A stretch of DNA of 64,000 nt from Octopus sinensis. Lineage: Eukaryota. A program made the position numbers and the translations under genes. The notes beneath the pieces are model-generated. The model searched no databases and was not told the origin of the DNA. It saw only the letters and a list, made by a program, of their open reading frames with translations. The first letter of the stretch is position 1; every line of letters starts with the position of its first letter. Below, piece after piece: positions 51,223 through 64,000 of the stretch. The DNA lies in contig NC_043006.1 in the NCBI RefSeq assembly GCF_006345805.1, forward strand, positions 42,842,001 to 42,906,000, written 5' to 3'.

Positions 51223-51439
51223 TCATTCACATAGTCAGGTTCAAAAAAGGAATGAGTGAAAAAGCTTTCAAGGAAAGATACACACATCACCTAACTTCAT
51301 TTAGACACAAGAATAAAGGATGTTACAACTTTGTCTAAAATACATAACGGATAAGCGTGTGGCCAACCCCCAAACTGGAGCATCATAGCCAAAGCCAGCA
51401 AATATAAGGACACTGCAGCAAGTTCAATCTCTCTCTCTC

Positions 51440-51735
51440 TCTTTACTCTTTTACTTGTTTCAGTCATTTGACTGCGGCCTTTTAGTCGAGCAAATCAACC
51501 CCAGGACTTATTCTTTGTAAGCCCAGAACTTATTCTATCGGTCTATTTTGCCGAACCGCTAAGTGACGGGGACATAAACACACCAGCATCGGTTGTCAAG
51601 CAATGCTAGGGGGACAAACACAGACACACAAACACACATACATACATATATATATATACATATATACGACAGGCTTCTTTCAGTTTCTGTCTACCAAATC
51701 CACTCACAAGGCATTGGTCGGCCCGGGGATTATAG
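51440..51735 (-). mobile_element. SINE family A, head-truncated
   Basis: Homology to 2001-2310. Confidence 0.85.
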
Positions 51736-51933
51736 AGAAACATTAACAGCTGACATCTTGAATATTATGTAAGTAACTTTCTATCCTTGCTTACTCAAAC
51801 AACAGTTTAATCTGCAAAATTTCGAGCATGACTCCTCATCAAGCTCACCACCGATTCAGTCAAGATAAATCATTGTGTACAATATACATGTGATTTTAAT
51901 ACTTATAGGATGAATAATGATAATAATATTGAT

Positions 51934-52147
51934 CTTTTCTCCTGTAGGCTCAAGGCCTGAAATTTAGGGGAGAGGATAGTCGATTACATCGACCCCAGTA
52001 CTCAACTGGTACTTATCAGTCCTGAATGGATGAATGGCAAAGTCCACCTTGGCAGAATTTGAACTCAGAAGGTGAAGGTGGACGAAATACTGCTAAGTAT
52101 GTCATCCAGTATGCTAACAATTTTGCCAGCTAGCGGCCTTAATGATG

Positions 52148-52227
<80 letters not shown>

Positions 52228-52876
52228 AAAAATAGTTTCAAATTTTGGTACAAGGCCAGCAATTTGGGGGAAGGGGTAAGTCAATTACATCTACTCCAGT
52301 GCTCAACTTGTACATTTTTTATCAAGCCCTCAAGGGATGAAAGACAAAGTCGACCTCAGTGGAATTTGAACTCAGAACGTAGTGTCAGGCAAAATATCGC
52401 TAAACATGTCATCCAGCATGCTAATGATTCTGCCAGCTCGCTGCCTTAATAATCTTTTCTACAATAGGCACAAGGCCTGAAATTTGGGGGAGGAGGACAG
52501 TCAATTACATGAACCCCAGTGTTTCACTAGTACTTATTTTATTGACCCTGAAAAGATGAAAGACAATATCGACCTCAGCAGGATTTGAACTCAGAATATG
52601 AACTCAGAACGACCTCAGCAGAATTTGAACTCAGTGCGTGCTAACAATTCTTATTTCTTTATTGCCCACAAGGGACTAAACAAAGAGGGGACAGACAAAG
52701 GGATTAAGTCGACTACATCGACCCCAGTGCATAACTGGTACTTATTTAATCAACCCCCAAAAAGATGAAAGGCTAAGTCAACCTCGGTGGAATTTGAACT
52801 CAGAACGTAAAGACAGACAAAATACCGCTAAAGCATTTTGCTCGGCATGCTAACAATTCTGCCAGCTTGCTGCCTT
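51934..52876 (-). mobile_element. Array of four SINE family B copies
   Basis: Copies at ~51934-52138, 52236-52446, 52453-52645, 52650-52876. Confidence 0.85.
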
Positions 52877-53399
52877 AACAATAATAATAATGATAGCAAT
52901 AACAATGATGATGATGATGATGATGATCATGATGATCATGATAATCATGATGATGGTGATGACAAAAATAATAATAATAATGATAATAATTTATCATTTA
53001 TTCCATTAACCATCCAACTATTGCAGGAACTCGTGCTTCAATTTAAAGTTATGTGCATGTAAGACATATATGACACTATATGATTTGTAAAATTTAATCT
53101 TATGAACTCATTAATGCTAAAAGCTTTGTAAATCCCATAAAATATCCGTGTACACATGCACACACGTCTGCAATTGTATAGGCATGCAATTCGTACTGTT
53201 TGTATTTATATAAGGGTATGTGTACATGTGTTCTAAAATTACTAGAAAGCTCTATTCAACTCAGCTCCTAAAAGACACATTTTACCAGCATCTACAATGG
53301 ATCAAACCTAATTCAAAGAAAATAAAAATTAAAAAAGTCCCTATATGAGGTACCTCCCCTGTGTATCTTGTACCTCACTCTATATCACCAAGCTTCTGG

Positions 53400-54006
53400 T
53401 TATTATTATTATTATTATTATTATTCGGTAGTCTTATTTTTATAACGTGCTTTCACTGCACTACTGAGTGCAGCTCTGTGTGCCTTAGGTATGTGCTGTA
53501 GTTTGCTGTGATGCTCTGATGGTTACTGTATTGAAAGTGCTTTACGTAGGATGTGTGCGGTGCCTAGTAGTGCAATTTTCTGTATGTTATATATATTTGT
53601 AAGTCCTGGTGTTTTTGTTATCTATTTGTCTGAAATTTTTTTTTTATCATACCTAATGCACCTACTATGATAGGGATTGTTTCTGTTTTTAGACTCTACA
53701 TTTGAGTTACCTCTATTTCCAGGTCTTTGTATTTTGAAAGTTTCTCCATTGTCACCTGTTGGTATTGATACATCGATTAGAAAGCATTTTTTCTTCATGA
53801 TCTCTGAAAACTATATTTGACCTATTGGCCTTAATTTCACTATCTGTGTGTATTGACATATCCCAGAGTATGGCTGCTTTCTCATTTTTTTTGACCTTTT
53901 CTGGAATGTGCCTACACCATCTTTTTTCTATTGTTATTCCATAATGTTGGTATAGTTTCCATTGTATATAGGTCTTGACTTTGTCATGCCTGTGAATATA
54001 TTCATT
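53400..54006 (-). pseudogene. R4/Dong-like LINE 3' end: restriction-like endonuclease remnant and (TAA)n tail
   Basis: YIHRHDKV...ILWDMSIHTDSEIKANRS...LIDVSIP...EKLSKYKDL...PIIVGALG...QKIALLGTAHILRK. Confidence 0.88.
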
Positions 54007-54143
54007 CTTATTTCTTCTTTGTCTTCTACTTCTTTGTCGTCTTCTTCTTCTTCTTCTCTTCTTCTTCTTCTCTTCTTCTTCTTCTTCTTCTTCTTCTCCT
54101 CCTCCTCCTCCTCCTCCTCATCATCATCATCATCATTACTATA

Positions 54144-54176
<33 letters not shown>

Positions 54177-54196
54177 GTTACTATTATTATTATTGA

Positions 54197-54420
54197 AGTG
54201 GCAAGTTGGTAGAATCCTTAGCTTACCAGGTGAAAAGCTTAGCAGAATTTTGTCCATCTTTAAATTCTGAGTTCAAATTCTACTGATGTCAGCCTTGCTT
54301 TTCATCCTTTCAGGACCAATAAAATAAAATAAAATAAGCACCAGTTGAGCAATAGGGTCAATGTAATTGACTAGTTCCCCTCACCCAAAATTTAGGGGCT
54401 TGTACCTACAGTAGAAAGGA
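54197..54420 (+). mobile_element. SINE family B
   Basis: Homology to 18703-18916. Confidence 0.8.
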
Positions 54421-54624
54421 TCATCATCATCATCATCATCATTATTATTACTGATCTTTCAGTCTCCACTCAATGCTGAATGTTTTTGAGAAGGATGACT
54501 TACATGAAGCAACCAAAAAACACCACCAAGTTCTTCCAAAAGATGCTTAAATATGTGTGCTAGAAAAACATTTAAGAAAAGGTATTGAAAACCAATAAGA
54601 CATTTATTTTATAATGTATCCAGA

Positions 54625-54976
54625 GTTTACAACCTTGTGATTTTGTGTTCAGTCCCACTGCTTAGCACCTCAGGCAGATGCCTTCTACTGTAGCCCCAAA
54701 CCAGCCAAAGCTTTGTGAGTGAATTTTGCTGAGGAAAACTGTGGAAACCCATTGTATGTATAAACACACACAGACTCACACACACACACACACATGCACA
54801 CACACACACGTACACACACAAACATACACACACACACATAAATACATATATGCATATACATATATAGGTACAGGGTGACAGCATGGCACCTTCGACAAGT
54901 GTATTCTACTATAGCCTCTGGCCAACCAAAGCTTTGTTTGTGGATTTGGTAGACGGAAACTGAAAGAAGCCCGTCG

Positions 54977-55041
<65 letters not shown>

Positions 55042-55338
55042 ATGTATATATGTATGTGCGTGTATGTATGTGTGTCTGTGTCTGTGTTTGTCCCCTCCAA
55101 CATCACTTGACAACCAATGCGGGTGTGTTTACATCACTGCAACTTAGTGGTTCAGCAAAAGAGGCCAATAGAATAAGTACTAGGCTCACAAAGAATAAGT
55201 CCTGGGGTCGGTTTGCTTGACAAATTGTTAAGATATTGAGATAGTTTTCTTAACATGAAACCAATGGTAGCCTTAATACACAAGTAAAGAAATTTCATGC
55301 ACCAACATGGTGTTGCGCACTCATTCTCATTGTTCGAC

Positions 55339-55376
<38 letters not shown>

Positions 55377-55600
55377 TGCAAGTGTGTGAGTATGGTTCTG
55401 TATCCATATTTATTCCCCCTGCCATTTGACAATCAGTGTTGGTTTTCTTATTTCCCAGTAACTTAGTGCCTTGGCAAAAGAGACCAATAGAATATATACA
55501 CGACTTAAAAATATGTACAGGGATAGAATTTTTCCAGCTAAATCCTTGAAGGTGGTGCTCCAGTATGACTGCATCTTAACAACTGAAACAAGTAAAAGAC
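54625..55600 (+). mobile_element. Cluster of SINE family A fragments
   Basis: Head fragment 54625-54755, near-complete copy 54885-55222, 3' module 55400-55600. Confidence 0.75.
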
Positions 55601-56605
55601 AGAACAGATAAACAGTAAAAGGTGCACCAATTGAATGAAGCAACTCCACAACACCTTCGTTTATTTCATTAAATCAAACCTTGTCTGCCATTCAACAATT
55701 TTCCAACAAACATTTTAAATTGGTTCTTCAAAATCCCACGAATTCTACAAATTCAGTTTGGGTAGATTTTACTTCAGTCAAAAATCATTGTATTGCTTTT
55801 AGTTTTTGTCAGGCTGCTGTCATATTCTCAATAACATTCATGATATGGTAACCATACTAGAATTCTTTGACAGAAGGTTTGGTATGAACTTAATCAGTTG
55901 CTTAAAGACACATTTATATCCTCTTCAGCAGTGTGCTACATTCAATAACCTCCAGATCTATAAATTAAATCGAGCTAGATGTGACTGGAGACAGAAAAGC
56001 TATTTGAATATTTATCTGTCAGGTTATCCTAAGTATGTAGTTGACCTCGAGCATGAGTCTTTAAGAAGCAAGGCTTTATTTTCAAGGTTTTAGCTTGACA
56101 ATATTCTCTGACAACTCAATAGAAATATGAAGCAAACAAATCTTAGAACACTTGGTCAGTTTGTTACGAGGTGTGCCAATGTTTTACTAGTGGTTGTGTT
56201 GGGTTATTGGCTGTGTATGAATGATGAAGAACACTTTGTAAGCAATTAGCAGAATAATTATTTTGTTGAACATAGAATTTTCCATGCTGGTCTTTGAATG
56301 AAGAATACAAATGACAATTCATTCACATTGAGAGAGGCAAACTCTGTAGTTAAAACAAAATGGCTGGTTCATATAGCCCTGTGACTATATTGTCATGACT
56401 GGAGAAAATATGCTAAATTGATGATGGCAGATCGGTAGCTTCTAATTTGCTTGGATGGAGAAGAAAAATATGAGTATGAAGTTGTTAAAATGACTGTTTG
56501 GCATATTGCCTCTGCTCCTGCTGGTGAATGAAAACAGTCTCCAACATTCTGAAGTTTAGTGCCAAAAATTCATCATTTTATAAGCCTCATTAAAAGGTTC
56601 TAGAA

Positions 56606-56779
56606 CAGTCCTCCACAAACATTTTTCACTTGCACTACACTTATATTCTTTTCGGAATTTGGCGGCACACCTGAACTAAAAGTATAAAGGAAAAACTTAC
56701 ATTCAGGTTACATGGCGACACATCTAGCATCATCTCATGGCACACTGGTGTGCCATGGCATACTGGTTGTGGAACACTG
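56606..56779. mobile_element. hAT (Charlie/Buster-type) MITE
   Basis: TIR cagt..tccacaa / ttgtggaacactg; 8-bp TSD ttctagaa / ttctagta. Confidence 0.85.
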
Positions 56780-57559
56780 TTCTAGTAAGTCAAATCACAT
56801 GATGGTTCATTGCTGGTTGGTCAGTTACTCAGCCAATCACATGAAATGACTACAGCTAAGCTGTGACTTTTACTTGTCTGTTCCAGCAGTTCAGTTTCGA
56901 ATCTGCTATACATTCTGTTTTATTTGATTGCCATCCAACACTTATGTCTCGGATTGATAAAATGCCAATGGTTTAAAGTTTAGATCTGGAAGTTGGTGAA
57001 AAGTTCTTTTCTCTTCTTTGGAGAACTAGTTATGTCTATCATTATCTAGAAAGTCTCTGTAGTTTCATTTTACTTCTACAGTCATTCAATCACTTTCTAT
57101 ATCCTGTTTGACACTCCCTTCCTGCAGTCATATTATCTCATGAGAAGGAGAGCCAACAAAAACATGCGGATAATAATGACTCAGATATCATAGCCATCAC
57201 ATACTTTCAGTTCAACTTGAAGTGATCATGTGCGACTAATCTTAAACAGCTAAGAAATAAAGATGAGGGCTTTTAAATCACAAAGCAGCATTATGAAAGT
57301 TTGTTATGATTTCTAGTTGCTTTTGAACACAGTTTATTGGAAAAGAATTTTATCCCCAAATCCACATAAAACCAAACAAATTAAAAGTTAAAATTTGACT
57401 GAACACCTATCTTATTAATTCATGTATTAAGAGTTTGATTCTGATAACCAGCCATGCTTTTTCAGAAGTTCCACTGTGTTATCAAAGTTTACACAAACTA
57501 GCTTCAGAATCTCCATTCAGAAACTCTATTATATTTCAGGTTTATATTTATCAACTATT

Positions 57560-58290
57560 GATAAGGTATCTTAAAACTTTTGCCAGTGGAGTGTTCAGTA
57601 AGAAAAGAATAAATTCAGCAACTGAACTGTTTCGAAAATTTTACCATAAATACATCACACTTAGCAATGCACATTCCAACCAAAATGGGAGGATGATTAT
57701 TGCCGTTTACAAAAATAACTTTGCATCGTTTTTACATTATTCTTTTGTTGAATACCATTTTTATAATCAGCAATCATAACTGCAATATTGTCTGTCATAG
57801 CATTTCATGTTTCTTAAGCTGATCTAAATTTACTTCTATCATGTTCTATACATTTTCTTGTTGTTGTTGTTTTAATTGAGTAAATATAAAAAAGGACTCT
57901 TGTTATGAAAATTGTTGTCACTTTAAAATCAATACCAGTACAACAAGCTATTCCTACCACTTGCTCATGAAACACTTGATCTTGTGACCAATATATTTTA
58001 CCTCATGGACAAATGCTATATAGCAATTTACATGAACAATAGCAGCCATCAGCCGAATATATTCACTTAAGAGCAATGGAAAGAACTGTAATATTCTTCC
58101 TGGGTTCTTTACCACATTACTGAGTTGAGCTTCTATAAGAAAATTAAACTTAGCCAAGAATTTTAGTAACCTCATAAAACTTTCACGACTACTTTCTTGT
58201 CTATATAGGAGACTCTGGTCACTACTCAATGCAAGGTTCTGTGTTGCCAAATTTTTGTACAACAGAACATTTTGCAGAAATTTCACAATA
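57560..58290 (-). pseudogene. Highly decayed hAT (ZMYM1/Tip100-like) transposase remnant
   Basis: LATQNLALS...FMRLLKFLAKFN resembles LAKQNLA.RG...NFL.LL.LLAKFD; weak similarity further downstream. Confidence 0.4.
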
Positions 58291-58503
58291 TTTTTTTATG
58301 TAATTTAGCTTGAAGCTCTATCAATGATTCCACCATTTTCTAAAATATCTCAATAGCTCTTATTCAGAAAATGCTTAAACCCAATGTAAACATATCCAAG
58401 AAAATCATATACATACATACATACATACATACACACACATACATCTATATATATATATATATATTATATATATATATATTATATATATATATAATATATA
58501 TAT

Positions 58504-58539
<36 letters not shown>

Positions 58540-58873
58540 GTATACACATACACACACATATTTACATATATATTTATACACATACTCACATGAGCACACA
58601 CACATATATGATATAATATATTTATCTATTTATTTAGGATAAGAATGTAGTAGAAGCATCAAGATATATATGTAAATAAGTCATTTAATGGTATATCTTG
58701 AAGCAAATACAACTATAGAATAATAGCTTGCAATATTCTAGTTTAATATTCTGGTTTAAAAGCCCCTTGGATGTAGAGAAAAAGAAATTTGAATACTCCC
58801 TCAAGGACTCGACTCCTGCATCTTCTGTTACCATGGTTCAAGTCTCACAGGTAGCTTTCAGCCTTCTTTCTGT

Positions 58874-59018
58874 CCTAGAATGAAAACCCAGGTTCGACAT
58901 TTCCCCAAGACACCTGATGAAGGCTGGAGGGTATATCAGCCAAAACGCTGTGTTAATAACAAACAAGATGAGGACAAATATCCATCAAATGTAAATAATG
59001 TAAATAAGGTACATAATG
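58874..59018 (+). mobile_element. Third copy of the hammerhead-like tail seen at 10766-11349
   Basis: acac-CTGATGA-aggctggagggtatatcagcc-aAAAC-gct-gtgt. Confidence 0.75.
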
Positions 59019-59499
59019 AAGACAATATCTATATGTTTCATTAAGCTGTAAAGAAAAGTACTTTGTTACTTCAATCTGCTCCATAAGTTGGCAGTGGCAT
59101 AGCTAGGTGTAATGAGGGAGCTGGTCCACTCCAGGTAATGTTTTTATGGAGGAGGTACTTTTGGATCTTCTGTATAAGCCTGTATAGAGTCAAGGGCCTG
59201 AGTATGGGTGGAAAACTCAAGGAGTGCGCTGAGTGGCACGCAGTCCAGCTGCACCAGTGTGATTTGATCTTGTGAATTCATTCACCAACAGTCTCATCTG
59301 AAAGATTCACTTACACCACCTGCTCATCTCAATTAAGCCTCATTAATACAGCTATTAATAGTAGCAACTTACTAATTGTGTATTACTTGTTAACCTTTGT
59401 AAATTAAAAGGCTACATTATAAACCTGAAAAGAACAAATATTTATGTTGTGACTCTTCAAAAGGCAGCTTCTGGTGGCCTTTTAATTCAATATACTTTC

Positions 59500-59810
59500 T
59501 TTCAAAAGACTTTTTCAGCTTTAAAGTAACTTCATTTACGTCATATAGTCAGTGATACTTGAGAACTGGCTGTTTCATTGATATCCTACTCAAACCATCT
59601 CCCCAAATCAAATTCTGTGGTTTGGTCATTACCACTCCAGTTGTGTTAACAAAACCAAATTGAAGGCACGATGAGTCATATTTCTGAGAATAACTTGTAC
59701 AAATTCTTTTTGCTGGTAATATTTTAATTTCATTTACAATGACATCATCTGATTCAGAAATGCTTCTGTGTTTAGCAGTCACATGTCTCAGTTTTATAAG
59801 CATGTCCATT
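59500..59810 (-). pseudogene. Buster/Charlie hAT transposase N-terminal BED-finger remnant
   Basis: QKYDSSCLQFGFV...KPQNLIWGDGLS..SMKQPVLKYH resembles RKYD..YL.FGF...PQC.IC...LSN.SMKP..L.RH. Confidence 0.7.
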
Positions 59811-59874
59811 GGCCCTCACTCGAGCATTACACACACACAGTACGCTTTTATCATGGGTGTATATTTATTGTATA

Positions 59875-60311
59875 GGTACAGGAGTGGGTGTGTGGCTATA
59901 GGTGCAGGATATTGGTGCTGTGTGGTAACTAGCTTGCTTATAAACCACATGGTTCCAGGTTCAGTCCCATTATGTGGCACCTTGGGTAAGTGTCTTCTAC
60001 TATAGCCTCGGGCCGACCAAAGCCTTGTGAGTGGATTTGGTAGACAGAAACTAAAAGAAGCCTGTCGTATATATGTATATATGTATATATATATGTGTGT
60101 GTGTTTGTGTGTCTGTGTTTGTCCCCCCGAAAATTGCTTGACAACTGATGCTGGTGTGTTTACATCCCCGTGACTTAGCAGTTTGGCAAAAGAGAACCGA
60201 TAGAATAAGTACTAGGCTTACAAAGAATAAGTCCTGCGGTCGATTTGCTCGACTAAAGGCGGTGCTCCAGCATGGCCGCAGTCAAATGACTGAAACTAGT
60301 AAATGAGTAAA
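59875..60311 (+). mobile_element. SINE family A, full length, with duplicated 5' end
   Basis: Homology; two ggt.cagga..tgg starts. Confidence 0.88.
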
Positions 60312-60627
60312 TCTAAGAGTTAATGCAGTATAAATGCATTGATTGTGATATCAATGTTGAAGAATATTGACTAATAATGTTATGTTAGGATATGAAGATC
60401 ATACAAAATAGAATCTTAGACAGAAGTAGTTTTGGAAAATGTCCCTGTCTTTAACTTCATGATGATGACTGCGGTTCGGATTAACTCTAGATAATAGAAC
60501 CAGGTTTGAACATTAGAAAGCTTTATACACTGCAGTTCAGTTACCAGATCAGCATTTTTTTTTTTTATAAATCACACTTCGACTGAGAACAAGGCATTTT
60601 CTACTGACATTGTACAGCATCAAAAGC

Positions 60628-61026
60628 AACTACTACTACTACTACTACTACTAATACTTCCACTACCGTTACCACCACCAACATCACCATGAACACCTTC
60701 ACCACCACCACTACTACCACTACTATCACCAACATGACCACCACTACTACTACCACTACTATCACCAACATGACCACCACTACTAAACAACTACTATTAC
60801 TATCGTTACCGCTGCTGCTGCTGTCACTACTACTACTACTTCCACCACCATTACCACAACCACACCACCACTACTAAATAACTACTATTACTATCGTCAC
60901 TGGTGCCACTGCAACTGCTGCTGCTGGTGCTGCCACTACTACTACTTCCACCACCATTACTACAACCACACCATGACCACCACCAACATCACTAAACAAC
61001 TACTATTACTATAATCACCGCTGCTG

Positions 61027-61069
<43 letters not shown>

Positions 61070-61240
61070 CACCACCTTTATTAAAACCACACCACCACCA
61101 ACATCACCAAGAACACCACCACCACTAATACTATCACTACTATCAGCAACACCAGCACCATCACCATCACTAAACAACTACTATTACTATCGTCACCACT
61201 GCCACTGCAACCACTACTACTATTACTACTACTACTACTA
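60628..61240. repeat. (ACT/ACC)n low-complexity tract with higher-order units
   Basis: Anchor actaaa(c/t)aactactattactat recurs four times. Confidence 0.9.
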
Positions 61241-61547
61241 GATTGATTATATACAATGTGACCTGTTAAAAATATGTTATGCCAAGGTAATTGCAATATT
61301 CATCTCTAATTAAAGGTGCTATCTTTATTATTTAACAAAATTATAAAGGTTACCACCTTTCCCTCCCTTCCCAACCAAATATCTATTGTAATCCACCATG
61401 GAAGCATAATAATTGCCAAGATCACTTCTTCCATTGTTCCAATTAAAGACCTTTTGCAAACATTATCAAAACATACTAATTATACTGTCTACCGCTTTGT
61501 AGCTGTAATTAAAAATTTATGGTTGTTATTGTATTATTTCTGTCACT

Positions 61548-62780
61548 AGGTTCAGGTGTGGTTGTGTGGTAAGTAGTTGGTTTCTTAACCACATGGTTCT
61601 AGGTTCAGTTTCAAAACATGGCATCTTGTTCAAAGTGTTTTGTGCTTTATCCCTAGGCTGACCCCTCGTAAGTGAATTTGGTAGACAGAAACTGAAAGAA
61701 GTCTGTCATATGTATATACCTATTTCTTTACTGCCCACAAGAGGCTACACACAGAGTGGACAAACAAGGACAGACAAACGGATTAAGTTGATTATATCGA
61801 CCCCAGTGCGTAACTGGTACTTATTTAATCGACCCTGAAAGGATGAAAGGCAAAGTTGACCTCGGCGGAATTTGGACTCAGAACGTAGCGGCAGACTAAG
61901 CATTTCGCCCGGTGCGCTAATGATTCTGCCAATCATCATCATCATCTTTTAATGTCTGCCTTCCATGCTAGCATGGGTGGAACGGTTTCACAAGCATTGG
62001 CCAGGCAGAAGCCTGTACCAGATTTCTGTGACTGTTTTGGCAGGGTTTTTACAGCTTGATGCCCTTCCTAACACCAACCACTCAGCTTTCTACATGACAC
62101 AAGCACAGGCGAGGTCAGTTTTGGCAAGGTTTTTACAGTTGGATGCCCTTCCTAACACCAACCACTTTACAGGGTAGACTGGATACTTTTAAGTGGCACC
62201 TGCCCTGACAGGGTCACCAAGTACTTGCAAGACAACAGTTACAGCCTGACCTCGCCTGTGCTTGTGTCACATAAAAAGCACTAAGACCACTCTGCTGACT
62301 GGTTGGTGTTAGGAAGGGCATCCAGCTGTAAAAATGCTGCCAAAATAGTCACACATGTCTGATGCTGGCTTCTACCTGGCCAGCTCTTATGAAACCATCC
62401 CACCCATGCGGACATTAAACAATGATGATGATTACAGCATGAAACTTCCGGTAGCTCGTTTTTTAAAATTCTGTCTATATTAAATAATATTCATCTCTCA
62501 CTGGACAGAATACATTTTTAATGGATCCTACCTTCAATGAAACAGTAAACTAGATGTGTGTGTGTGTGTCTGTGTGTCTTTGTAATTGTCCTCCATCACT
62601 GCCTGGAAAATGGTGTTGGTTTGTTCACATCCCCCATAACCTAGCAGTTTGGTGTAAAAGACTGATGGAATAAGTACTAGGTTTAAAAACTAAGTTCTGA
62701 TGTTGATTTGTCCAACTAAAACCCTTCAAGGTGGTGCACCAGCATGGCCACAGTGCAATGACTGAAACAGATAAAAGATA
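61548..62780. mobile_element. Mixed cluster: SINE A head, SINE B (-, 61720-61931), RTE-type tails (both strands), SINE A 3' module
   Basis: Homology to copies elsewhere in the window. Confidence 0.75.
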
Positions 62781-63253
62781 TTTATAGCATAAAACTGATC
62801 AGTCATATACAGTAATTCTGCACCATATCATGGTCCACCTATTGCGGTTTATTATTCAAGGTTACATGAATTCCTCCATGGTGTTGTTTTGCATTTATAA
62901 TAAAATAAATGTATACAAATTATAAAAATAATTTTAAAAAATACACAGTACTGTTTTTACTTTGTTGATTTTTACCTATTTTGGAACGTAACACCTGCGA
63001 TAGTCGAGGGAGGTTTATGCTAGTAGCAAGTAAAATATTGATGGGACAATTGAAACATAGATTAGATAACCTGTTTGTTTAGGAAGCTTGCTTTGCAGTC
63101 ATGTGATTTCAGGTCAATTTCCACTAGGTTAGTACTTTCCTGGGTTAGTATGATAGCCTATAGTACTTCCACTGGGTTAGTACTATAGCCTCAGGTTGAC
63201 CAATACCTTGTGAGTGAATTTGGTAGACATAAAATGTGTGGAAACCTGTCACA

Positions 63254-63296
<43 letters not shown>

Positions 63297-63444
63297 TTGC
63301 CATTACCAATGAGAACATGTGACTTGATAGCACTGGGTTTTCTCTTGTAAAAACATCCTAGAATTCTCCTGTGAAGAAGGAGGTAAATTGGAGGGAACCA
63401 GCTAAACCTGCAAAGTGTAAGCCAAAACAGATGATGATGATGAT

Positions 63445-63611
63445 ATACGACGAACTTTTTTCAGTTTCCGTCTACCAAATCCACTCACAAGGTGTTGGTC
63501 AGCCTGAGGCTATAGCAGAAGACACTTGCTCAAGGTGTCACACAGTAGGACTGAACCCGGAACCATGTGGTTTGCAAGCAAGCTACTTACCACACAGCCA
63601 CTCCTACACCT
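63445..63611 (-). mobile_element. SINE family A 5' half
   Basis: A/B boxes on minus strand. Confidence 0.85.
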
Positions 63612-64000
63612 GTTATGCTTATTTATTTTTTTTGCATGTAGACTACATGCTGACATGTACACATTTTATAGTGAGGATAAAACCAAAGAACTTTTACTGA
63701 TGGGTGGAAATCACTCAATACTAAGAGTAGAGTCAAATTCACTCATTGTAATGTTCATGCTGACTGACATTATGAGTTTTGCCTGACAGCTTAGTCAACC
63801 ATTTATGTGTCTATATGTCTACATGTCAGTGTGTGTATGTGTGTGTATCTGCATGTTCATACATATTCATTTTTTTAATACATTTAAATTTCATGTTAAC
63901 TTATGCACAATATATAAATATCATTTGAGAGAGACCTTTGAGAGAGACCTTGAGACTATCCTTGTGGCGCTTCTTCTGCCCTCCGACTTTGCGCCTGCCC

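Noticed and set aside
60628-61296. Mucin-like Thr-rich exon
   Set aside because: Frequent stops and frame changes; simple trinucleotide expansion

Overview
AT-rich, microsatellite-saturated eukaryotic DNA with no host protein-coding exon I can support. The repeat families and density suggest a cephalopod, probably Octopus; this is inferred from recall, not a search. Nearly all listed ORFs are microsatellite or SINE translation artefacts. The window is a transposon graveyard: several tRNA-derived SINE families, LINE fragments (RTE, CR1-like, R4/Dong-like), a Neptune-type Penelope-like element (PLE), mariner/Tc1/maT relics, pogo-, piggyBac- and hAT-type MITEs, a Helitron nest with PIF1 helicase fragments, and a 1.4-kb tandem duplication. 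The main signal no ORF explains is at least five unrelated short repeat families carrying type I hammerhead-ribozyme-like folds, mostly as fold-back inverted repeats in or beside microsatellites. One has a non-canonical CUGUnGA core and is joined to the PLE coding remnant. Another has a tRNA-derived Pol III head, making it a candidate PLE-mobilised, ribozyme-bearing SINE. All structures were folded by eye and are untested.
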